From: a virus
Reading direction: 5' to 3' (one strand)
DNA length: 48,083 nucleotides
Virus record (IMG/VR): IMGVR_UViG_3300005096_000100
Coordinates: 1-48,083 of that record
The position numbers and the translations under genes were made by a program. Under the pieces are notes generated by a model, which ran no database searches, was not told the DNA's origin, and was given only the letters and a program-made list of their open reading frames with translations. This document shows, piece after piece, positions 41,281 through 48,083 of the stretch. Positions within the stretch are counted from its first letter, which is position 1. Every line of letters begins with the position of its first letter.

Positions 41281-41743
41281 GTATGAAATTGGGCCAGCAA
41301 ATCTAGACGATGTAAAGTATGTGTCTGCGAACTTGCGCCAGGGAGATAAGGATGAATTACAGGCTATGGTGCTAGGCGATGTAAGTCCTAGTTGCGCTGT
41401 GCTGTCGAGCTATATGGTATCACGTCATACCACTTATATCGGATACGCAAACGGCACTCCTGTAATCGTGTTTGGCGTCAAACCTCCTACCTTAATGGGT
41501 GAGGTGGCCACACCTTGGCTAGTAGGAACCGATGAAGTGCAGAAATATTCGAAAGCTTTCCTTCGGCACAGTTTAGGCGTGGTAGAACTTTGGAAGAAAC
41601 AATATCCGTTCATGCGGAACTATGTAGACGTGCGGAATACTTTCTCTATAAGGTGGTTGCAGTGGTTGAAATTTTCGGTATACTACCCAGAGCCTTATGG
41701 ACCTAGAAATTTACCATTCCATATGTTTGAAATGAGGACGTAA
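41270..41743 (+). CDS. Internal virion protein A-like (DUF2833/gp13-position)
   Basis: ATG at 41270 overlaps the nozzle gene stop. The pattern ANLRQGDKDEL...PWLVGT...IRWLQWLKF fits. Confidence 0.5.
   Translation: MKNKYEIGPANLDDVKYVSANLRQGDKDELQAMVLGDVSPSCAVLSSYMVSRHTTYIGYANGTPVIVFGVKPPTLMGEVATPWLVGTDEVQKYSKAFLRHSLGVVELWKKQYPFMRNYVDVRNTFSIRWLQWLKFSVYYPEPYGPRNLPFHMFEMRT
41416..41431. repeat. Palindrome, 1 mismatch (GGTATCACGTCATACC; same variant as 25596), intragenic
   Basis: Inside the gp13-like gene, read as VSRHT. Confidence 0.85.
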
Positions 41744-41744
41744 C

Positions 41745-42275
41745 ATGTGCGGTCTAGCTGAAGCTTCTATAGCAGCATCCGTTATCGGCGGGGTGGTGCA
41801 AGCCTATGGACAATTCCAACAAGGGCAGAGCCAGAAAGCTGAAGCAGAGTACCGCGCTGCACTAGAGCGCAACAACTCAATAAGGGCAAACCAACTAGCG
41901 GCGGATGCCCTTGACCGAGGCGAAGAAGATACGCGGGAAGAAGCTTTACGAGGCCGTTTACTTATAGGCCAGATGCGTGCTGTGTTAGCTGGGTCAGGCC
42001 AGGTTGTAGACGAAGGTACTGCCGGACAGTTAGTCATAGACCAAACTGAAACTAACGCACTCGACGAAGCTAAAGTGAGGAATAATGCTGCGCGGGAAGC
42101 GCAAGAGTTTCGAATTCAAGCTAGTCAGTTTAGCCAAAGCGCAGAGCTTCTGCAATTTTCCGGAGACAACGCCGCTCGTGCTGGAGCGTTTGCAGCAGGG
42201 GGTACTCTTCTTTCTACGGTGGGCAAAGTATCAGGTAAGTGGTATCAGTTTAGGAAAGAGGGAGCTTTACCCTAA
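41745..42275 (+). CDS. Internal virion protein (gp14-position, 176 aa)
   Basis: N-terminal hydrophobic MCGLAEASIAASVIGGVV, then a helical Ala/Gln/Glu-rich region. Gene order fits. Confidence 0.5.
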   Translation: MCGLAEASIAASVIGGVVQAYGQFQQGQSQKAEAEYRAALERNNSIRANQLAADALDRGEEDTREEALRGRLLIGQMRAVLAGSGQVVDEGTAGQLVIDQTETNALDEAKVRNNAAREAQEFRIQASQFSQSAELLQFSGDNAARAGAFAAGGTLLSTVGKVSGKWYQFRKEGALP

Positions 42276-44833
42276 TGGTCACAGTCCCTTTAAGCCGCAT
42301 TAAGACCAATGCAGCACGTCCCGTGTTCGATCAGGGGAATGTCCCTAGTGGCGTATTCGATACGGGCGGCACTGCGTTAGTGAAAGCTGGGCAACAGATC
42401 GAAGGTTTTGGTAACACCATCGGCGACTTCAAGCTTAAGATGATTAAGGAAGACAACGAGGCGGAAGCCAAAGATGCTGATACGAGAGTGTCTCAAGCTA
42501 TTCGAAACATTGTCTTTGGCGATCCTTCGAACAATGTACAAGGGTACCTATCTCAAAAAGGTAAAAACGCTACGGACAATTTCAGCATAACCGAACAAGC
42601 GTTGAACAAGTCTGTCGAAGATATAATTGGTGGCGCATCGAATGATGCCGTTAAGTTAATGATTAAACAGGCCAGTGATCGTAGGTTAGGTACTGCATTC
42701 GACAGTGTTGTCAAACATGCTGGCGCAGAGCGAGACGCTTCTTTTATACAAACTAGCCTGGCGAGGGAAGCGCAAGCCTTAGCTGACGTGTCTGCCGATT
42801 TTTCGAACCCGGAAACTTTGAGGCAAGGGTTAGGCGTGGCCCGTGTTGAGGTTCTGGAGAGGGCTAACCAGCAAGGGTGGTCTGACGAGCAAGCGGAAGC
42901 TGCACTTAGACAAAGCCAGAGCGTAATCGTTAAGGGAGCTTTTGACGCTGCGCTAGTATCTGAGGATGTTGATACCGCCACTCGTATCTTTTCCGCTAAC
43001 GCTGACTTACTGGATGGGCCGACGCGAACAACCATGGCACAGTCGCTCGCGAAAGATACGTTGTCTACAGGTTCTCAAAGGTTAGCAGAAGAAGCTATCT
43101 CTAAGTTCCCCAGTGATCCAGCAGCACAGCGCGACTACATAAGAAGTGTGTCGTCGGGGGGTGCCGAGAGCGCAGCTATAAAAGAACTGAAAGAGCGTAT
43201 AGCCGAGGTGCGAAGAGATAAGACCGTAGAGCGAGGCAAGAAAGCTGAAGCTCGGGCTGTTGCTGGAGAGAGGCGCTCTGTTAGGGCGGCGGAAGTTGCC
43301 ATGCAAAACGCTATGCGACAGGAACTGGATAGAGGTCGTCCGGCCCGTGCGCAAGCTGCCGTGGAAAATGCCATAGATACTCTAGGACCGAACGCTACGG
43401 ATGCTCAAGTTCGGGAACTGCTTCAAGATGAACTAGAAGGGCAAGACGAGGAAGCCGCTCTATCGCTGTACCAGACTAGGGTTGATCGTGACCGAGGTGA
43501 CACTAGCGTTAACCGAGGCGACGATAGGGCCAGTTTGCCGGATCGGGCGAGCGAGGCTTTAAAAAGAATTGTAGCCGAAGGTAAAAGCGCGCAGGATATA
43601 CGTGAAGAGATCGCAGCTTTAGGAGGCGGTGAGCTTCAAGAAGCGGTGTTTAGTTTGTATGAAGCGGGTAAGGCTGCGGAACGCCGGGACGCTGGCGACG
43701 AACGACTAATCGTAAGCCAAGAACGTGCTGCTAAAGTACAAAGTATTGTTACGGATATTCAGAGCCGTGGCCTAACTCCGCCTCAAGAACGGGAAGCTAT
43801 CTTAGCGGAAGTTGATCCAGGTAAAGACACTGACTACGCGCTTTCGATCTACGCCCGTGATCTTGACGCTGCTCGCGGCGACGATGCGTTAGTACGCACA
43901 GTGCAATCTGACGCCAGAGCTAAGCAAAACAACATGAACACTGTTGCTAGGCTTGAACGGGAGCGAGTTGTCCGGGAAGCTAGAGAAGACATCTACAATT
44001 TCCTTTACAATACGGATGGCGGCGATGGTGAACGTACTGTCGCGGAGTTCCGTAAAGCAAACCCAGAGGCGTTTAACACTCTCGCGCAGAGTAGAGACAT
44101 AGATGCAGCTATTAACACGCAGCGCAATATTAAAGAGGGCCAAATATTCGCCACTGTGTCGGACGGCGTTACTTTGCCAAAAGATATAGTTGGGATTAGT
44201 ATCGCGGAGCGAGCTAAACTCGACCCGATTGTATACCGCAGCCGTCTCACTCGTACTGAATTTAATTCCGCTGTACGATCTATCGAAAGTGCTAAGAGGG
44301 AATTACGTGGCGATGCACGGGATAGAAGTGTATTTAGCGCTGGCCGTGCTGCTGTTATGCGAATGTTGCCGCAGCAGATAGCGAAAGCTAGAACTGACTC
44401 TAAGTTAGGTAGGCAACGCTTGACGACTATGAACGAAATGAATAATTGGGTCGATAACCGCATTGCTGAAGATAACTACCCCACACCTCAAGAAATCGAA
44501 CGTGAAGCAGCGCGTTTAAGCATGGTTGTTGAAGCTGACCCTGCCGGCTTTATTGATCGCGTTAACCGTGGGTTCGATGGACTGGCTTCTCAACGTAGGT
44601 CTATGTCGCCAGAACAGCGAGCGGTAGCAGTAGTCGATATCGAAGTAATACCTGAAATCATTATGCAAAATATCTTAAACGCTTTAGCGATTGGCAGAGT
44701 GCCGGAGAATGATGATTTGGTTGAAAACCTCGCAGGTGCGTTAGCCATGAAAGACAAAGCAAGGTACGATAAACTCATTGAAGACTCTTATAGAAAAGAA
44801 AGAGCAAAAGAAAATAAAGCGAGGGGGCGGTAA
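42275..44833 (+). CDS. Internal virion/ejection protein (gp15-position, 852 aa)
   Basis: Long, helical, Ala/Arg/Glu-rich ORF. ATGA-type overlap with the upstream gene. Confidence 0.6.
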   Translation: MVTVPLSRIKTNAARPVFDQGNVPSGVFDTGGTALVKAGQQIEGFGNTIGDFKLKMIKEDNEAEAKDADTRVSQAIRNIVFGDPSNNVQGYLSQKGKNATDNFSITEQALNKSVEDIIGGASNDAVKLMIKQASDRRLGTAFDSVVKHAGAERDASFIQTSLAREAQALADVSADFSNPETLRQGLGVARVEVLERANQQGWSDEQAEAALRQSQSVIVKGAFDAALVSEDVDTATRIFSANADLLDGPTRTTMAQSLAKDTLSTGSQRLAEEAISKFPSDPAAQRDYIRSVSSGGAESAAIKELKERIAEVRRDKTVERGKKAEARAVAGERRSVRAAEVAMQNAMRQELDRGRPARAQAAVENAIDTLGPNATDAQVRELLQDELEGQDEEAALSLYQTRVDRDRGDTSVNRGDDRASLPDRASEALKRIVAEGKSAQDIREEIAALGGGELQEAVFSLYEAGKAAERRDAGDERLIVSQERAAKVQSIVTDIQSRGLTPPQEREAILAEVDPGKDTDYALSIYARDLDAARGDDALVRTVQSDARAKQNNMNTVARLERERVVREAREDIYNFLYNTDGGDGERTVAEFRKANPEAFNTLAQSRDIDAAINTQRNIKEGQIFATVSDGVTLPKDIVGISIAERAKLDPIVYRSRLTRTEFNSAVRSIESAKRELRGDARDRSVFSAGRAAVMRMLPQQIAKARTDSKLGRQRLTTMNEMNNWVDNRIAEDNYPTPQEIEREAARLSMVVEADPAGFIDRVNRGFDGLASQRRSMSPEQRAVAVVDIEVIPEIIMQNILNALAIGRVPENDDLVENLAGALAMKDKARYDKLIEDSYRKERAKENKARGR

Positions 44834-44840
44834 ATAAATT

Positions 44841-47800
44841 ATGGCTGAAAATGTCTTTGGAGTGCCTTCTTCAGATACCAGTTTGCGCGATGATTTCGTT
44901 AGTGGTCCGGACCCATTAGAATTACAGCGGTTTAAGAAAGCTGCTTCTGACTTGTTTGGAGATACACCAGACGTTATAAATAACGCACCCGAAGATACAG
45001 AATTACAGCGGTTTAAGAAAGCTGCTTCTGACTTGTTTGGGGATGCGCCGGACACTAAAAAAGCGGAAGCATCGGTCGAGGTATCACGTGATACCGACCC
45101 AGACACGTTCGCTAAGCAGGTTGACACTGCTAATGAACTAAACATACCCGTAGAAGCGGTCGAAGCTGCGCCCGAAGAAGCGGAATTACAACGGTTTAAG
45201 AAAGCTGCTGCTGAACTATTTAGCGACAGTCCGGCCACTGCTAAGTTCATGGAGAACCCTGCTAACGCTAAGTTGGCTAACGACAGCCTTGAAGAGCTTG
45301 GCTTTATAGAAGCTACGGTAAACTCCGTTAAGCGAAGCATGCTGGGTATTGGGCAAGCGTATCAGCAAGTCTTGACGGAGGAAAACCTTGAACAGAGCTT
45401 AGATAGCAGGCGAACTTTTGGAGAAATCCTCGACACTTACGCCGCCCGCAACCCAGGAGCCGTAACTAACCCAATTGATTTAATGTTGTCTTTAGAGCGC
45501 TACGCCAGTTCTAGGATATTTGGAGATGCGGACGAAGGTTTCCGTGGACGCGCGGCAAAGGTTGGGGCGTTAGCCGAAGAGCGCATGAAACTCCCTATGT
45601 CGGACGGCGCTAAAGACTTCATGAAAGGTGTTGAAGATGCCGAAGGTATTTTAGCTAAACTAGCCGCAGTCGCACTGGACCCAGTAGGTATGAGCGCCTT
45701 CGCTGCTGAAGTAGGTATAGAATTCATACCGCAGCTTCTGTTAGCTTCCGCTGCTACCTTAGCTACACGCAGCCCTGCCGTAGGTTCCGCAGCTTTGGGC
45801 TCTCTGTCTTTTGGCACGGAACGTTTTCGTTCCCCGCAGGAATTCCTTCAAGCGGCTGGAGTAGATTTAACTGATCCAGAACAAGTTAATGCTTTGTTGG
45901 CGGACCCGAAGACATTTGAAGAAGCTAAGAAGTTCGGCTTTGACAGAGGCATTGTGATCGGCGCTGTTGATGCTCTGTCCGGTGGCCTAGCCGGTAAAGC
46001 ACTAGCTAATAATCCTCTAGCTAATCTAGTCCTTCAAACCGCTGTGCAAGGCGTTATGGGTGGCGCTGGTGAAGCGGGCGCGGGCTTAGTTACTAAAGGC
46101 GAGATTGATATAAATGAAGTGATCTTCGAAGCTATCGGAGAGTTTGCTACTACGCCTATCGAAGTGGCGGGCATAGGCGGTAGGCCGCTATTCAGAAAGT
46201 TGAAAGAAACGGTTGACCAGAACCGCGCGGAGCAAAGCAAAGTTGCGATGGATGCGCTATCTAAAGCTTTGATCGACTCTCCGCTAACCGAACGCTCGCC
46301 TGAAGCAGCGGCGGAACATGCGGCAGCTAGTTTCCAGGAAGCCGGTGTAGAAGAAATCTATATCCCTATCGAAGCGTTGAATGTAGCGCTTGAAACGAAC
46401 GAAACGCTATTGAACGATTTAGAAGTTCTGGATCAAGTGGCGGATGCTGAAGCGTTTGGCGGGGACATAACGATAACTTCTAAATTGTTTTCGCAATTCG
46501 TATTGCAGAACCCAGAAGTATATACTTTGCTGAAAGACCACATTCGCGCGGACCCTGACGCTGTGACTGTTTCTGAAAGCCAAGAAATTCTAGGAGATAT
46601 CGAGGGGGCCACGGTTGTAGAGGACTTCGCCGGTACTACGGAAGAAGAGGTGTCACGTGATACCCCGTTGGAAGGTACCGTAGAAGAGACAACTAACCCA
46701 GAAGATGTGGCTGTCGTGGAGTTGGCTGAATTCGAAGCGGGCCGTCAAGCGTTGTACTCTACGGCAGAGGAAGCGGGTCTGTCGGAAGCGCTGTTCACGA
46801 CCTATGTTGAAGCTATCCAGAACCGACGTTCGGAAGCCGTCAAGGGCGTAGAGAGGAAGCGTCTGAGACGCATACAGAAACGTAACACTGCGAAGTACCA
46901 GGAAGCTAGGGAAGGACTACGGCAGGGCGTTGAAGAGACCGTAGCCCAACAACCTCTATATCAAGTGCTTTTATCCATAGGCCGTGACAGGCTAAACTAC
47001 GACGCCGTACTGGAGATATTCCAGGGAAACGTAGAAGCCATGAAGCGCTTGCCTAAGCTCAACGGCAGGACGATATACTCCACCAAAACTGATCCAGGCA
47101 TCGATCCAGAGATATTTGCCGATATCCAGGGTTTCGAAGGCGGGGCTGATGTATTCTTATTCAGTTTGTTAGACAGTCCTACGTTCGAACAAGCGGTCGA
47201 GAATGAAATCAACAAACGGATGGAAGAGAAATTCCCGACCATCTTGAGTATTGGGCAACAGGTGGCCGAAGCTTTAGAAACTTTGAACACGCCTGATGCA
47301 CACGGGTTAGTGCTGACTTTTGAGTTAGCAGCTATTAGGAAAGCTAAAGGTGAGAAACGTCTTAAGCGTTCTCTGTTGCGTGTTCGCGCATTGGACATAC
47401 TGGCTAAGTATAGAGTTAGTCAGATCAATCCTCGTAAGCTGGAGACGATGCAGAAACGTGAAGCTGTTCTCGCTCGTAAGGCTCTTAAGGCTGGTGACTT
47501 AGATGCAGCGGGAGTGCATAAGCTCAACCAAATCACTGCTTATGAGATGACGCGGGAAAGCTACAAAATAAAACGTGAACTGGAGATAGGTAACAGGTTC
47601 ATGCGTCGGTTCATCGGGCGCAACAAGAAACATAAAACTCTACCCATCGACCATCTCGACATGATAAAGCAGGTGCTAGATGACTATGACTTTGGTGCCG
47701 GTTCTAAAGCTTCGAGAGATTTGCAAAGCTGGATCGATGCCAAGCAGCAGGACGAAGGCATCGTCATGGACGTTGCGTCAGAGGTCATAGAGAACGACGG

Positions 47801-48083
47801 GAAACGCAACTGGAAAAATATGACGTTGGATGAGTGGCGTGCCTTAAAAAACTCTATTAAAGAAATCCATAAAGCAGGACTAGACGCAAACAAACTCCGC
47901 AACGATTTAGAAAAAGCTGGAGTGCAGGAAATCGTAGATACGATAATCCCTGGCTTGAAAGACAACTTAGATTTGAGGAGTGTACGTCAGGCGGATAACG
48001 TCACTAAGGTTAAGAACGTATCCAGGATAACTACCATGTCTGCTAACGTTGTGGAGAGTTATAAAAAATTAGGCACAAGTGTT
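44841..48083 (+). CDS. 5-prime part of the giant virion/ejection-type protein gene (continues at 92..2062 after the 91-bp overlap)
   Basis: My manual translation from ATG 44841 found no stop up to the window end. It is absent from the ORF track only because it has no stop inside the window. Confidence 0.75.
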   Translation, partial: MAENVFGVPSSDTSLRDDFVSGPDPLELQRFKKAASDLFGDTPDVINNAPEDTELQRFKKAASDLFGDAPDTKKAEASVEVSRDTDPDTFAKQVDTANELNIPVEAVEAAPEEAELQRFKKAAAELFSDSPATAKFMENPANAKLANDSLEELGFIEATVNSVKRSMLGIGQAYQQVLTEENLEQSLDSRRTFGEILDTYAARNPGAVTNPIDLMLSLERYASSRIFGDADEGFRGRAAKVGALAEERMKLPMSDGAKDFMKGVEDAEGILAKLAAVALDPVGMSAFAAEVGIEFIPQLLLASAATLATRSPAVGSAALGSLSFGTERFRSPQEFLQAAGVDLTDPEQVNALLADPKTFEEAKKFGFDRGIVIGAVDALSGGLAGKALANNPLANLVLQTAVQGVMGGAGEAGAGLVTKGEIDINEVIFEAIGEFATTPIEVAGIGGRPLFRKLKETVDQNRAEQSKVAMDALSKALIDSPLTERSPEAAAEHAAASFQEAGVEEIYIPIEALNVALETNETLLNDLEVLDQVADAEAFGGDITITSKLFSQFVLQNPEVYTLLKDHIRADPDAVTVSESQEILGDIEGATVVEDFAGTTEEEVSRDTPLEGTVEETTNPEDVAVVELAEFEAGRQALYSTAEEAGLSEALFTTYVEAIQNRRSEAVKGVERKRLRRIQKRNTAKYQEAREGLRQGVEETVAQQPLYQVLLSIGRDRLNYDAVLEIFQGNVEAMKRLPKLNGRTIYSTKTDPGIDPEIFADIQGFEGGADVFLFSLLDSPTFEQAVENEINKRMEEKFPTILSIGQQVAEALETLNTPDAHGLVLTFELAAIRKAKGEKRLKRSLLRVRALDILAKYRVSQINPRKLETMQKREAVLARKALKAGDLDAAGVHKLNQITAYEMTRESYKIKRELEIGNRFMRRFIGRNKKHKTLPIDHLDMIKQVLDDYDFGAGSKASRDLQSWIDAKQQDEGIVMDVASEVIENDGKRNWKNMTLDEWRALKNSIKEIHKAGLDANKLRNDLEKAGVQEIVDTIIPGLKDNLDLRSVRQADNVTKVKNVSRITTMSANVVESYKKLGTSV
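44919..45224. repeat. Three copies of a ~42-bp unit (GAATTACAGCGGTTTAAGAAAGCTGCTTCTGACTTGTTTGG) in the giant gene
   Basis: The copies at 44919 and 45000 are identical over 41 nt. A diverged copy lies at 45183. The unit encodes ELQRFKKAA(S/A)(D/E)LF. Confidence 0.9.
45080..45095. repeat. Palindrome, perfect (intragenic)
   Basis: Inside the giant gene, read as VSRDT. Confidence 0.95.
46649..46664. repeat. Palindrome, 1 mismatch (GGTGTCACGTGATACC), intragenic
   Basis: Inside the giant gene, read as VSRDT. Confidence 0.85.
47993..48083. repeat. Terminal overlap: identical to 1..91
   Basis: Same as above. The unique genome length is therefore 47,992 bp. Confidence 0.95.

Noticed and set aside
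44741-45340. 199-aa minus-strand ORF with repeated AAFLNRCNS peptides.
   Set aside because: It is the mirror image of the ELQRFKKAA repeats in the giant plus-strand gene, and it sits on the wrong strand for this block.

Overview
The window is a complete, circularly closed tailed dsDNA phage genome. Bases 1-91 are identical to 47993-48083, so the unique unit is 47,992 bp. About 58 genes fall into four transcription blocks. (i) A rightward structural/late block runs from 28898 to the window end, wraps, and continues to 8444. It holds small and large terminase, a podovirus-type portal, scaffold, major capsid, a decoration-like protein, T7 gp11/gp12-like adaptor and nozzle, gp13-gp16-like internal/ejection proteins (one ORF of about 1737 aa spans the junction), a tail fibre, and accessory tail and lysis candidates. 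(ii) A leftward block runs from 23007 to 8441. It holds a pentapeptide-repeat protein, Cys-rich proteins, an HTH regulator, an SNF2 helicase, a DUF2800-type nuclease, a DUF2815-type SSB, an HExxH peptidase, a family A DNA polymerase and a RuvC-like resolvase. (iii) A rightward prim-pol/helicase gene (23310..25277) is followed by an iteron-rich, AT-rich origin-like region. (iv) A leftward cluster of seven small unknown ORFs runs from 28283 to 25763. I saw no tRNA, rRNA, CRISPR array, integrase, RNA polymerase or reverse transcriptase. RBSs are GGAG-type and the host is unknown. The headline signal is a 16-bp perfect palindrome, GGTATCACGTGATACC. It occurs 11 times perfectly and 7 more times in near-perfect form, all round the genome, mostly at gene junctions. 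When it lies in coding sequence it is always read as V-S-R-D-T. It matches the chromosomal parS consensus at 12/16 positions. It looks like a genome-wide binding-site or hairpin system that I cannot assign to any described phage regulon. Other notable items are an early-position pentapeptide-repeat (DNA-mimic-type) gene, conserved intercistronic hairpins, several in-frame tandem repeats, and four E1-FCCH-like modules in the nozzle protein. Functional calls rest on motifs read by eye and on gene order; no database search was possible.
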